A DNA stretch of 64,000 bases from Lytechinus pictus. Lineage: Eukaryota. Every line of letters starts with the position of its first letter. Within the stretch, counting starts at the first letter, position 1. The stretch is taken from assembly GCF_037042905.1 (NCBI RefSeq), contig NC_087249.1:10046001-10110000 (forward strand), in the 5' to 3' direction. The position numbers and the translations under genes are program-made. Below the pieces are notes generated by a model. That model was not told the origin of the DNA and searched no databases. It saw only the letters and a list, made by a program, of their open reading frames with translations. Below, piece after piece: positions 35,839 through 49,639 of the stretch.

Positions 35839-36850
35839 GAAAGAAAGAAACAATCTCAAGAAGGGATACCCCAAAATCATTAGGTGGACGGTATCTGAAC
35901 TTCAAAAAACGAAATCACACATCACAAAAATTTAATATCTGCTCTGTGCTGTGTTCTGTGCTGATTTAAAAATCAGGGCGATACCAGCACTAAAACGTTG
36001 ACACCAAAATCACCCAATGTCTTTTTTATCATCTCAAACGGATGTCTCAAAGCGTAGTGTTCATATAACATCTAGGCTGTGTCACACAGAGCTTAGCAAT
36101 TGAGTATCTGAATATAAAAACGGCCCAAGTCCAATTTTTGGCAAAATTGAGTTAAATATGGGAAATTGTTCCTTATACAATGACTCATCTTGTGTATTAA
36201 TGATAAATCTGAAATCATCTCAGAAATGCCTTTTATAATAAAGGAGGAAAATCTGGTATGAGTGTAAGAAAAGCCGAAGTCAGGACTTTTCTTACATTCA
36301 TATCATAGCGCCCTCATTCCTTTACTACTTACTACAGAAGTCTACCATGTATATGAATTTAAGAATGCCAAGTCCATATGATTCTAAAAACGACCCAAGT
36401 GAAAAGTCATGGAATTGCAGTTACCTCTTGGCTATGGCAGCTTTCCAGTTTGCTGTGTTTCGCAACTCTCATACTCTGTGATCATACTCTGCTATTATAA
36501 TTGGTGTTCATGATTTCCATTTTTCCCAGTTTTGTGACATCCCAAATTCTACATAACTCCTGGGACGTCATGGGAAGTCATGGAAAGCAGCAATTTAGTC
36601 ATGGAACAAAAGTTGCAAATATACATACATGTATATCTGGGGAAATGAACATTATGCCTTAAATTGCAATATTCAGATGTCTTTGCTAAAAGATATCTAA
36701 TGTAAAATACTAAATAAGCAAGTGAAGTTTTAAAGTGTTGTATATGCCAACTCGTTGAAAAAGTGTTTCTGTATAATCACACTGAATTACCATTAAGTGC
36801 ATTTTTCCCAATGCAGATATTTCTGAGAAAAAGGAATGTTGTTCAAATAA

Positions 36851-37140
36851 TGTGGAGCCTTGTGGCCCAGTGGATTAGTCTCCGGACTTTGAAACAGAGG
36901 GTCGTGGGTTCAAATCCCAGCCATGGCGTAGTTTCCTTCAGCAAGAAATTTATCCACATTGTGCTGCACTCAACCCAGGTGAGGTGAATGGGTACCTGGC
37001 AGGAATTTATTCCTTGAAACGCCGAGCGCTGGGAGCTAGCTGCTTGAGCTACAGCCGGGGTAATAATATCCAAGTCCTTTGGAAGCGCATGGAGACGCTA
37101 TTCATAATGTGTTATGCGCTAAACAATAACTGACTATTTT
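36851..37140 (+). mobile_element. tRNA-derived SINE, full length
   Basis: A-box TGGCCCAGTGG, B-box GGTTCAAATCC and the shared core, but a different 3' tail from 4112-4397. Confidence 0.9.
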
Positions 37141-37423
37141 TTTTTTTTCTTTCACTTTACTCTCGCAGTCTTATCACTTAGTGTACAACATGGATGCACC
37201 CCAATCTGATGTTAACCATCTGCCAACTAAAAATGAGAGAGATAAGTCTACCAGAGACAAGGAGATAACAGCATTCTTGAAGTCATCTTCTCCTAGAGGG
37301 AGTGTCTGGTTTGAAAATTATATACTGGTATATCAAATTGATTAAACCAATTATCAGTTTATTCAGAATTTGTTTTATCAAATATGAGACTGTATATATT
37401 CATTTTTGCTGTATGAACCCATA

Positions 37424-38284
37424 TTTATACGCCCGTCCTAGACAGGACGTATTATGGTATCACGTTCAGTGTCCGTCCGTCTGTCTGTCCGTCCGTTAAC
37501 TTTTCCTTGTAAATGCGATAACTTCCGTTTGACTTAACCTAGTCTCATATAATTGATTTTGAGGTCAAAGGTCAAGGTCACAGTGACATATTGTCATCTT
37601 ACCCTTCTGCAGTCCTTGTAAACATGATAACTTCAGTTTAACTTAATCTAGGCTCATATAATTTGGTGTGTATGATATTAGCATAGATCCAAGGAAGCCT
37701 ATTTATTTTTTTAGGTCAAAGGTCAATGTCACAGTGACATGTTTTCATACTACCCTTCTGCAGTCCTTGTAAATGCGGTAACTTTAGTTTAACTTAACCT
37801 AGGCTCATATAATTTGGTATGTATGATACTAGCATGGATCCCAGGAAGCCTATGGATTTTGAGGTCAAAAGGTCAAGGTCACACTGACAGGTTTCCATCT
37901 TACCCTTCTGAAGTCCTTGTAAACGAGATAACTTTAGTTTAACTTAACCTAGGCTCATATAATATGGTGTGTATGATACTAGCATGGATCCCAGGAAGCC
38001 TATGGATTTTGAGGGTCAAAAGGTCAAAGGTCAAGGTCACACTGACATGTTTTCATCTTACCCTTCTGAAGTCCTTGTAAACAAGATAACTTTAATTTAA
38101 CTTAACCTAGGCTCATATAATTTGGTGTGTATGATACTAGCATGGATCCCAGGAAGCCTATTGATTTTGAGGTCAAAAGGTCAAAGGTGAAGTCACCACC
38201 TTCCACTTTTCTTGCTTGAACAATAACTCCATTTTCCCCGTTACGGGCGGGAGTATTATGTGCTTGCCTTAGCGACACTATTGT
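37424..38284 (+). mobile_element. HINE/DINE-1-like element, third family, ~4.5 internal 150-158 bp repeats
   Basis: TTATACGCCCGT start, (GTCY)n microsatellite, repeats (gtccttgtaaa at 37612, 37763, 37913, 38071), 3' acgggcg subterminal IR, hairpin and TTGT end. Confidence 0.85.
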
Positions 38285-38698
38285 TATGTTTCTTATGATG
38301 ACTTTTGTGCAGTTCCATGCAGCAGGTCCAAGCTATTATCTCTTTGCTGACATGTCATTGTTTCTGAATTGTATCTGTTGTTTTATTATTGGATGCATAC
38401 TATGGAGGTGTTGTGAGAGCTGATAGTTTGCATGCACATTGCCTTGGACTTAGTCTACATATTGTATAATTTTATTTGTTTTTGAAAATTTCTATTGATT
38501 ATGTATGCTAATTTATGCATAATTTGTATACTTTTTGCCTTAAAAAAAAGGGTCAAATTGTCCAAATTTTTGGTGTAGAAACTATTCTTGGTGTTGTTAT
38601 CAAATGTTCGTGAAAAAAATTGCGATATCAAGACAATATTTTTTTAATTAGTTTGAAACTGCAATTTCCTTTTTGTTTTTTTACTTGCTTTTCATTGA

Positions 38699-38886
38699 TT
38701 TTTGTCTCGTCATATAGCAGAGCGAGACTACATGTATAGGCGCTGATTTTCTGATGGCGGCGGCTTCATCAACATCAAATCTTAACCTAAGGTTAAGTTT
38801 TTTGAAGGACATCATAACTTAGAAAGTATATAGATCTAGTTCATGAAACTTACACATAAGGGTGATGAAGTATTTCTGAATATCAT
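38699..38886 (+). mobile_element. 5' fragment of the 23431-type HINE
   Basis: Direct similarity to 23431-23610. Confidence 0.8.
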
Positions 38887-39048
38887 AGTGAAATGACTTG
38901 TCCTCGAACTGTTTGAGGGATCAGTTCTCACCTTTAAATCTGTGTCACTCAACCCAGGTTAAGACAAAAACCCACTTTAGATAGGTCTAGTATTATAATT
39001 GAGTTAGAAAGTGCTTTCATATTATTTGATATTTTACTTTCCTTTTTA

Positions 39049-39732
39049 TTGTCTCGCCTGCATAGCAGAGGGAGACTATAGGGGCCTCTTTTCCAACGGC
39101 GACGACATCGTCAACATAGAATTCTTAACCAAGGTTAAGTTTTTGAAATGTCCTCATAACTTAGAATGTATTTGGACCTAGTTCATGAAACTTACACATA
39201 ATGGTGATAGTGTATCACTGAAGATCCTGCTTGAGTTTTAGGTCACATGACCAAGGTCAAAGGTCAACAAACTTTGACCATGTTAGGGGGTATTTGTGGA
39301 ATTGTCATAACTTTAAAAGTTTATAGGTCTAGTTCATGAAACTTGGACATAAGAGTAACCATGTATCCCTGAATATCCTGTGCGTGTTTCAGGTTACATG
39401 ACCAAGATCAAAGGGTCATTTAAGGTCAATGAACTTTGTCCGTGTTGGGGGAATTTGTTGAATTGGCATCAGAACTTAGAAAGTTTATGGATCTACACAT
39501 ATAGTTCATGAAATATATTCTACGTAAGGGTAATCGAGTATGAATGATTGTATTGCACATGTCATAGGTCACATGATCATAGTCAAAGTTCATGTTGGGT
39601 CAATGGACATAGTATTTCATTATCATATGAGTGTTTTCTTTTGTGAGTAATCAATAGCCGTTTTCAAAGTCAGCGCTGCTGTTATATTGAATCGCTTAAT
39701 GCAGGCGAGACAGCCAGAGGCGTTCCACTTGT
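39049..39732 (+). mobile_element. Complete 23431-type HINE with ~2.5 internal repeats
   Basis: Same termini as 23431-24513 (gtctcgcctgcat ... atgcaggcgagac ... gcgttccacttgt). Confidence 0.88.
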
Positions 39733-41299
39733 TATTGTTTAGCAAAAAAATTCTAGGAATGTTTCACAAAAAACAAAATCTGACCTAAAGTCAAGTCATG
39801 CTGAAGCATTAACATGCTCATGATATTTGATATACACAGTATAATCGTAATCAATCGTAACTCTATGGAAATCCATTAGTTTCATAATTTTTTCCACAGG
39901 AAATTTGCAAAATGTCCTTCGTGAACGAAGGATAACTCACCAAATTGTCAAGAAATCAAGATACATGTATACATTCATATCTAGACATTTTTTTTAACAA
40001 ACATGCATTTTATATGTTAACTTTGCTGGCTTTCCATAGTTGCAATTGATAGGATTAACCGCAACTCTATGTAAGACGGGGCCCTGTTATTTTCCACACG
40101 CAAGTAGAAATTTAATCACACTTAACTTTTTGTGAAACACCTCTTTAATTTGTTTCTTAAGGCCTCCGCACACCTTTCGAATGGTACACAATCTGATTTT
40201 GGAGCAAATCACATATTGTTAACTTTCTGAAATGTGAATAACAACTACCTTTTTTTTCGAGGCTTAAAATTAACTGTGAGTATACTAAATAATTTTGGCT
40301 GATTTTAAACCTTTATTTTTTTATTAGTAAAGGCCAAATTGACTTTAATTTGTAGTAAATTGTATGATTGCTGTGACATCACTTCAACTAGATGTTCATT
40401 TTTCAATGCAAACGATGATGCTAGTATAGTCACATATTTCAATATGAGTATTGGTAGGATGACTTTGTACAGCAAGATGTCACATGTACCCAACGTTTTT
40501 CTCGGAAATCGGGTCGCAGAACAATCAAAAGGTGTGCGGTGGCCTTTACATCTATGTCAGATAGCTTGGACCTGCCCTACAGTGTACAATTGTCTGTGCT
40601 ATATACTATACTTGCTTTGTATTCGTGAGGTGTATTTTTTCCTTTTAAAAAAAAAATTGTAAGACCAGCAGCCTGGAAGACTTATTCAAGTTGCAGGACC
40701 ATAGCAGTTGACCTCGATTGATGGTGGTAGGCCCTAAACCTTACAAGCATGGCTTCCTGTCTGGTTTGAGCTGAGGTCTTCTTGCCAGAATCACACAATT
40801 AGTGACATCACTACCAAGAGATCTATTTTTCAGTGTGCAGAGAAGGACACTGGACAATGTGGTGCATGGTATACAACTTACCACAATGTAAGTGCTTTAA
40901 TTATGATTTTGTGTTGCCTAAAGTATGTGAGACAATGCAATAGGTTTCCCAGTAATTTATTGAGGGCAATAGAAAATATTGGGCGGCAATTTTACCCATA
41001 TCAGGATTTCTGTCTTTCTTTATATACCTCCCAGTACTATTTGTGCCAGCTGTTGCTCTAACTTTATCTTTGTTTCACATTGTTGCAACATTATACATTC
41101 CATGACTGATTTAATGTGCTAAGAATTTAAACAATTTTTATAAGAAATTTATATATACAGACATTGATCCATTTTTTTTAGCTGTAGAGCAATGAAAGAG
41201 CAATGTGAATTATTTTGCAATATATACTCCTTTTCTGTATGTGTCATTTCAATTTGAAATACACTGTACAGTATTATTCCACACTTACTGCGGTCATTT

Positions 41300-42480
41300 T
41301 ACCATGTACCTACATAAACCTCATGTTTGTGCTAATGCCAAAGGCACCACCAAAAACATAGCGTTTGTACAAGTGCCGAGTGTGTATCCATCATGACATC
41401 ATGAATGTGAAGAGATAATGTGGACTGCACGAATGTTTAGATATGTGATGATAGATGGTAGGACCTAAAAATTGGTTTGTCTGCCCAAATCTTCAACTTC
41501 GGATATAAAATTTTCAACAATTTTTATGAGGGTGTGCACTTCAATGTTTTTTTCCACAATGTGTAAAAAAAAATGCTCCTTCAATCAGAGCAATATACAT
41601 GTATGAATCTTGTTTCAGAAGTGCAATGTCAAATTTTTACTTCTAGAGCCTTGCCAATGTAGTGTTTCAAGTTGACCCATTATCCATATTGTATTTGAAA
41701 TATTGACGGAGCAGTTTAGCCAATATGGCTTTGGAGCTAAGTGGCATTGATAAGATCGATCAAAACCTGGTTTGCTCTCCATATGGAGCAGGTAACCATT
41801 TTTTCTGCACAAAGAGAAGACAGAGGAACTGGTGATGAAAAGAGTGCTGCTGACTTTCAGAAGTTTATTTCAGTTGCGTGTGTCATCTTTATATTTGGTG
41901 TTTGGAATTGGGTAATGTTGCGATAATCTTCAAGTACTGTGTGACCACAGGGAATGGTGTTCCTTTCAGCTTACGCATGATATCCAGAGCTCTTCAAGAC
42001 CTCTTTACAATTCACACGCCTCTTGGACTCACAAATGCTAATATCTTGTGAGAGTGTTGGCCTCTTTCTGGTGGCATTAGAGGAATTCTCAGTGGATCTA
42101 GTTCCAGTTAGTAATTTTTGTCTTTTCCAGCCATTTGATATTTTCCTGTGTTTATTGGATTTTCCCGGATTCATTTGACTCTGATGGAATGAAAGGCAAT
42201 CTGAAGTCTTGGTATTATAGATTCAGAGACAACAAAGACTATTTTTTGCTCCTCATGCGTGCCGATCTTGCCACCAAAAGGGAATACATCTGATACATTT
42301 TCTGGCTTTGTAACTCTACTTTTTAAACCACAATCTACTTGTTTGAATTCTATAAAGGCAGATTCTTTAAGTCTTTGTCAATATTCATTTTCTGTGTCCA
42401 GGAGAAAACGCTCTTTCTTTGGAATGAATTTTGAATAGATTTCCTGTTCAGAGGAATCTTCATCATGTTCAGGCATTCAG
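41300..42480 (-). mobile_element. Heavily decayed LINE remnant (possibly continuing at 43250-44070)
   Basis: Minus-strand translations weakly recall the CR1 basic inter-domain region and the post-RT 'G..L....KYLGV.L...L.W' pattern; many stops. Confidence 0.35.
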
Positions 42481-42512
42481 AAATGTAATCCCTAAAAGTG
42501 AAGGGAACTTTC

Positions 42513-42826
42513 TGGCCCGTATTCTCATGTCAGGTTTAACTTAAACTCAGGCTTAAAGTTGTGGTTGAAGTATGGATAGCCAGTTACATAAATCACTTAC
42601 AGTAGAGATATCATATTTCAGCTCATTTGGCTCTCAAATCATTCATAATTGTCTAGGAAGTATAAATAGATGATTGTTTTCACCATTGAAGAATCAGGAA
42701 AGAGCCCAGCAAACATCAGAAACATATAACTTAATAAAAATTTTGACACTTTTGGCTTCCCATAATTTTAGCACAGAGTTAGACCATGGTCTAAGACAGT
42801 TAAACCTGACTTCAGAATACGGGCCA
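42513..42826. mobile_element. MITE (GGCC-ended, Harbinger-like)
   Basis: TIR tggcccgtattct...gtcaggtttaact / agttaaacctgacttcagaatacgggcca. Confidence 0.8.
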
Positions 42827-42836
42827 CTGTGTTTAA

Positions 42837-43241
42837 CCCTACATAGCCCAGGCTATTTTGAAATTACATAGACAGTGGGTTGTCATCAATTTTTTTTGTC
42901 AATGAAAGTTGTCATCTCTATTTTCAGTCATAAATACATGAAATCAATAGCTTGTAAACAGCAAAGGTAAAAATGATGATACATTTATTAATTTTGGCTA
43001 CATACAGAAATTGCAGTGAATTTTTCAAATTAAATCACAGGTTTTAGCAATTTTGGATCTGATATGCACTTACAAAACGTTGCCAAACTTTGTAACTGCA
43101 TACCATCGCATTGTGAATTTTGTCTTAAAATTTGCATAAGAAATATTTCATTAAATGTGTCCTGATCTTTACAGATTGATCACGAAAAATATCATGTGGG
43201 GCTAAAAATAAGCCCCACCCCCCTACCCAGGCTAGATAGGG
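42837..43241. mobile_element. piggyBac-like MITE
   Basis: TTAA on both sides (42833-36, 43242-45); TIR ccctacatagcc / ggctagataggg. Confidence 0.75.
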
Positions 43242-44515
43242 TTAAGGTACATGCTGAACATTACCAGTTACTGGAGAAGGGCCTCCACTCAATGATCAAT
43301 TTGCGTATGATATGGTGCTATTTAAAAAATCTCTTAATGCGAATTGGTGAGTCTTTCACTTCCTTGCAGTGATCATACAATGCATAATTTGCAGACAATC
43401 GTAGAATTAGTTCCTTCTTGCTTATGTAGTTCCAATTATCATGTCAGAGAAGCTTGTCAGCCAGGTCCTGAAGCTTGACATGAAGTGATGCTAGCCTGCT
43501 CATTCATCCATTTTCTGTCTGGGTAGGACAGTGATTGGTAGATTTTTCCAACAGTGTCAATGTGGCTAAAGAAATGGTTTCCTATATCCAGCGGGTGCCG
43601 TGCGGTCCGTCAGATTTGAAAGTGCATGTTTTGGTAGATTTTCCTAACACTCCCATGACATTTTGGCAAAAGAAGTGGTTTTCTCCATCCAGTCTGGAAC
43701 AACTTTGGGCAAGTCTATTGGGTGCTGTCTGTGAGAGTTCTCATTTGGTTCCTGATGACCATTCGGCTGAAGAAATGGTTTCTTATATCCATGGAAAGAT
43801 TTTTTTGGAAATTTTATTGGGTGCTGTCTCTGAAATTTGACATTTCGCTTCACTACTATGGTTCATGCATTGTATTGTAATGATTGATGGGGAATTATAA
43901 ACCATTGTGGGATATGAACTGGACTCCCTCAGGACAAGCCTATGTTGAAGTCCTAACCTCGTTAGATCTATCTATCATTGTCGGTGCCTCGCCTGATCTC
44001 TCAGAGTTCATGGTGGCATGATGGATACAGAATGCACGCAAACATTTGGTTCTTGTATGATGGTGAATGAATAGATTAGCTTGATAGGGGAAAACTTAAT
44101 TATTTTTCCTGTTGGTTTCTATTTTGATAAAATGCAGTATTCATTGAAATTCATAGAAATGAAAATGCATCATGTACAGAAAAAGGTTTATTTATTTGCA
44201 GAATCGTAATAGATTTGCTCTTTTAAATGAAAAGCTCCCCCCCTAAAAAAAAAAAAGAAATAGCCAATCAAAATGTTTTAATGATATGAATTTAATAATA
44301 AAAATCTGAAATGTGAAAAAACGATTTGTTATACTAAAAAAGGATTTTATCCTCCCAAGTATAAACCATAAACAGAACACTGTGCGCTTAGAAACCCGTA
44401 GCAAGTGCCTTTTAAATGTTATGTATTTTTATTATGTGAAAATTTAAACATTGTAGTGTCAGTCATGGATAGTTAATGTTGAAAGGATGTGAAATGGATT
44501 GAAAATGGGCAGATA

Positions 44516-44635
44516 CAGGGAGCATTTCATGACAAGTTTTGTTAGTGATTATCACTAATTGGCTCTTAACCAATCAGATGCAAGGAATTGGTGGTGAAAA
44601 TCAGGGACAAACAATCTTCATGAAATGCCTCCCTG
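44516..44635. mobile_element. Short MITE
   Basis: cagggagcatttcatga / tcatgaaatgcctccctg. Confidence 0.6.
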
Positions 44636-47100
44636 GATGAATAGTACAGGGAGGTATGGGAAGAAAGCACAATCAATGGAGAAGGGGGAGATGGTTGTAA
44701 GGAAGGGAGCAGATTAAAGGAAATGAGGTGGTGTTTTTTTCCAAGGGTGAATGAAAAGACTAAAAAGGAGATTGATAGATTCTTCCGGCAAGGAAGAGGG
44801 AAGGGGAGTAGTTGGGAAAGAGGATGGGGGGTGGGGGGGGGGGGGAGGAAATTTCTTTTTGTGAATGAAAGTTCCCCATAAAAAAAATGAACTGTTGCCC
44901 CCAAGAACATAATCAATTGGAAAGTTGATGCATTGTCTTGCATACTATTGGCTACACAAAATATTAACAAAGCACTGTCATGGAAAGTTGTATACCATGC
45001 ATAACAGTATCCAGTCCGCTTCTTTGTGCACCAAAAAAATAGGTCTCAAGGAAATGTCACATATTGTGTGATTTTGTCAAGAAGAGCCCAGCTCATACGA
45101 GGCTGCTTGGTCATTTTGTGAGGGATGGGGTTTGCCCCATTGAATCAAGAGGTCATTAGCTGCTATGGTATCTTGTATATTGAATTAATCTTCTGGGCTG
45201 CTGGTCATTTTTTTTTTTGCTGTTTTTTTCTTTGAAAAATTCAATAAACGTTTTTGGAAAATGAAAATTCATTGCTGTTCAAATATGCTTACTCTGTCCC
45301 CTGTGAATATCATCTATACACCTGCCCCCTTTTCATCTATTATAAATCCCCCCTTTCCCCATGTAAAATGTGGCTTTGTTCCTTAAACCCCCTTGGCGGG
45401 CCCCATTACATCTACTATTACTGTTATTTTGCCATCCATCCAGTGGTGTAATGACCCCAAAAAATTTTAAGGGGGGGTCAGAAATGGTGTATGGGGAAAG
45501 TTTTTACTTTACCTCTTTTTGTCAATTTTTTTTTTGGAGGGGTCCATGGTATACCATTGGATGGCAAAATTACATTAATAGTATACACGCATTACACATC
45601 TAGGGCATTAGTAAGAATTACAAACACAGTGTGCCTTTGGGAAGGTTCTAACATGCCCAAGGCAGAGCTGAGGGTATTATGACCGTCTCAAAGGTAACAA
45701 GTATGTGTAATTATTCCAAGCAAAATGATGTGTATTATTTGTTTTATAAGATCATAGTGATGTGGATCCTTGTCATTTGATAAGCCACCCTCCTCTCAAT
45801 AGGATTTTTTTCTTTATTTTCGGGGGCCACTTTTCACAACCTACTGCCTAAATCTGCAACATTGGACAAGCTTTAACATCGCAGTGAATGGAGGAATCTT
45901 TTAGGACTCTCGGGCATTTTAATAACGGCAAAACTCCTCCCAAGTCCAATTACCACCTCAAAACTCCATGACATAACTGGTCATGTGATTGAAATCAGCC
46001 AATCAAATGATAAGGATCCATATCACTATTTTATATTAAGTTTTATGCAACAGGACCCAGGGCCGTTATTCTGAATATTGTGTTATCTTAGCAACCCTTT
46101 TGTTAGCACGTATGTCATTTCCTCGCACAGTGAAGTTCTTTATTCTGTGAATAGGTCTTATTTGTTAAGTAACCACAAAATACCATTTAAAAAATTTTGT
46201 TTGGGTAAATAACACAGAAAATGTCATACAAAAGATAAAACAAATTTCAGATTACCGGCCAGCTTTTAGGTTGTCATGGCTGCTGTAAATATGCAGAAGG
46301 TAATCAAAATGTAGAAGGCTGATGTATATATATATTCAAATTGTTAAAATATAGGTTTCCTTTTTTTTCAAAGGAAATTCCTAAGTAGGACTGTATTTTC
46401 CTGGTACACTTTCCATCTTTTTCAAGTTTTCAGAAGAAATATAAAATTTCATTTTTATGCCTTCACTGAGTGATTTGTCACTGAATATTTTGGTGATCAC
46501 TATAAAGGAATTTGCTTTTTATTTTCAATGACCCTCACGATTTGTTTCTGCACTGTACAAGCCAAATAACCTTCAATTAGCCACCCCCACGCGCCTCTTA
46601 TCCAAATTCTTGTCTCTTTAGAAATGTTGCAAAATGGATTGAAATTGATGCAAACTTTTATTCCCTTAACAAATGATAGTTCATGATTATAGTAAGTACT
46701 TCGTTATCCCCTTATTTTTGTGTCATCAAATATCACAACCCAAATGAAAGTAAGCCCCAATTTTTTGGTTCATCATCATCCAAAAGAAAATTCATGAAGA
46801 GTAAAATGTTTAGTCATTGGTGAATGCCGCAATAACAAACACTTTGCAACATTCCAGGTATAATTAAAATTGAAAATATGGGGTACATTGTCTTATTTTA
46901 TTTCACAAGAGTGAACTTCAGAAAAAGAACATGATTTTGTTGAAAGTTTTCAGGTTTTTTTTTTTTTTTACATTTATCATAGGGTTTGGATCTGAGGATA
47001 AATCGGAAGTTTGTTCAATTCCATTGCAGAAGTTATTAGATCAGGTTTTTCAATGTAAACATTCATTTTATGAAGTTCACTCTCATCTTCTTTGTTCATG

Positions 47101-47342
47101 CAGTGCAAAAACTCCGGTGTTGATTTAACACCAGCCCGGAATCTATATATGTCCACACCAGAGAAGTATTGAAACAACACCAGTTTGGAATCAAACCGAT
47201 GCTGTTTTAATATTAATTGGTGTTGTTTAAACACCTATCTGGTGTTAGACCAAAACGAAAATGGTGTTGTTTAACACTTCTCTGGTGTGGTCATATATAG
47301 ATTCCGGGCTGGTGTTAAATCAACACCAGAGTTTTTGCAGTG
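47101..47342. mobile_element. Palindromic MITE with CAC-type termini (EnSpm/CACTA-like)
   Basis: Near-perfect ~80-bp arms tgcaaaaactc.ggtgttgatttaacaccagcccggaatctatatatg.ccacaccagagaagt. Confidence 0.85.
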
Positions 47343-47541
47343 TGTGCCAAAAAAAAAGAACTGCCGAGGAAGGGAGAGAGGGAAGGAGAGGTGAGAGAGA
47401 GACAGGGGGGGGGGGGAGCGTGTGTGAAGATGTGAGGGGAATAAAACATGCAAAGGGAAATAAATCAAGAAAATTTGTCATAAAGAAGGTAAATGGGATG
47501 GAATTTTTTGACACGGGAGAGTGACAAATCCATGAATTTAA

Positions 47542-48706
47542 ACGGGTACGCCGGGCTGAAAATATTTATATCTTAATAAATAGAGTAAAATTCACATAGC
47601 AAAATGCTGAAAATTTCATCAAAATCGGATAACAAATAACGAAGCTATTGAGTTTTAAACCCAGGGGGCCACCTACATTGACGAGTGGATACCATGCGCG
47701 ACCAAAAAACACGTAAAAATTATGTCTTTTTCAAGATAGGGCACATTACGTACGTAACGTGAAAAGGGTGTCAAAAACACATAATTAATGAAAAAAGTGT
47801 ATCTATTTCGCTTGGAAAGCTACGTGTTTAGGGTCAAATTTGAGGGGATGATAAAACAAAATTAAAATGTTTTATAAAGGATGTCCTTTTTGCTCCAACA
47901 CTACGTGTTTAGAGTCCGATTTGCGCGACGTGTGGAAGGTAGGGCCGTCCTAAACCAAGTGATGTGTAAAAGTAACCGACGACCGACGGACCCGTGACAT
48001 ATAGCTGTACTTGTTTAGGGGTTCATTTCAGGGAATACTTGTCAAGAGTATCGTTTTGTTTCCAATACTTGTTAAGGGTAGGGTTTCACACGCCAATACT
48101 TGTTAAGGGGTGCATTTTCAGAATATGGAAAATACGTGTTTAGGGTGCTTTTCGAGACCCCATGGTCGCGCATGGTATCCACTCGTCAATGGAAGTGCCC
48201 CCCCCCCCCCCCCCGGGGTTTTAAAGTTTAGTAATATATTGTAAAAACAACTATATACACATTATCATGAATATTCATTGAGTGGGCTGATGATGTCACA
48301 TCCCCACTTTCCTTTTTCTTATGTTATAACATGAAATCATAACTGTTTCATTTTTTCATACATGTGTGAATGATGTGTCTCCTTTATAATGAAATAAGTT
48401 GCAGCAATGAATATCTAATGCACTAAATCAGTTGTCAATCCAATTTTTCAGTTCTTGGTAGAAAAAAAATGGAATAAACCTAATTTCATATGATAAAATA
48501 CAAAATAACAAGTGGGGATATGATATCATCACTTTGCTCATTTAATGTTCATGAAGACATGCCTAGAACTGTTTCATCGGAATAATGCAAATCTTTAAAA
48601 TGCCAAACTTAATTATTCCTTGTCCGATTTTGATCAAATTTTTAGTGTTTTGTCTGATTTTCCTTTATCTGTTGAAATCATATGATTTTTAGCCTGGAGC
48701 ATCCCT
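47542..48706. mobile_element. TTAA-flanked (Kolobok-like) MITE hosting a nested element
   Basis: TTAA flanks (47538-41, 48707-10) and imperfect long inverted arms (aaaatttcatcaaaatcgga / tccgattttgatcaaatttt). Confidence 0.75.
47660..48217. mobile_element. MITE with CCCRGGG termini and 8-bp TSD
   Basis: TSD GTTTTAAA (47652-59 / 48218-25); ~44-bp TIR including cattgacgagtggataccatgcgcgacca. Confidence 0.9.
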
Positions 48707-49403
48707 TTAAGTTGGATGTAATGGGAATAGAGTAAAAAGGGTAAGAATATTTTCAATGAATTGAAGTGGGAAGAGGTCAAGGGTTACCGAAGTTGAAATG
48801 CAAAATGAAAAAGGGGATGAGATATATAATAGGGCGGTCAAGATAATGGCCCTGAATGTGAAAGGGTAAAGAATTGACGAGGGGATTGATGGGGGATATT
48901 AGTAAAATAAAGTTTGAATTTGAATTAATAATGATGGACAGAAGAATGAACGGTTATTAGTTGATGATAGGAAAGATCGTCTTACGTAAAGAAGTGAGCT
49001 GAGGGAGGGGTATATAATTTTAATGGGTCACGAATGAAAGTTGAGAAGATTTACAGGGAAGGGAAGTGTTGAAATGATTAATGCTAATAAGTAGATGTGA
49101 GGAAGTATATAGATACAGAGGGTAAGAAATACGATTCAAGAAAACTCTTGAGCAATATCATGAATATAGAAGTAAATGAGAAATTGCAGAGTTTAGTGAT
49201 GAAAATACAGCAAATATGAAGAGAGGTATCGTGAGAGAGAGAGGGAGATACTAAAAAGAGGATGAGACAGTAGGAGGGGTGAGAGAGGGATAAAGGTTTT
49301 TTAAGGAACAGGAACAAGAATAAATACAAGAAGCCAAAAGAAGGTGTAACACGATCATTTACTAATCAATCGTCCTGGGTGTTGTTCCATAAAGCTGTTT
49401 GTA

Positions 49404-49639
49404 CACTATAAACACCGTGGTGTTCAAACTGATACCAGTTGGTGGTAATAGAGGACCACACCATGAGGTGTTAAAATTACACCCTAGAGATTGAACATAA
49501 CACCAAAGAGTGTAAATGCAACAGCCAAATGTGTTGTAATAACACCTATAGGTGTTAAACTAACACCGTCAATTTAACACCGATGTAAAATAACTGGCGT
49601 GGTCCTCTACGCCGGTTAACACCACATTTTTTTGCTGTG
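49404..49639. mobile_element. CAC...GTG MITE with TA duplication, nested in another MITE (~49375-49767)
   Basis: TA at 49402-03 and 49640-41; aacacc/ggtgtt repeats; the host sequence rejoins across it. Confidence 0.65.
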
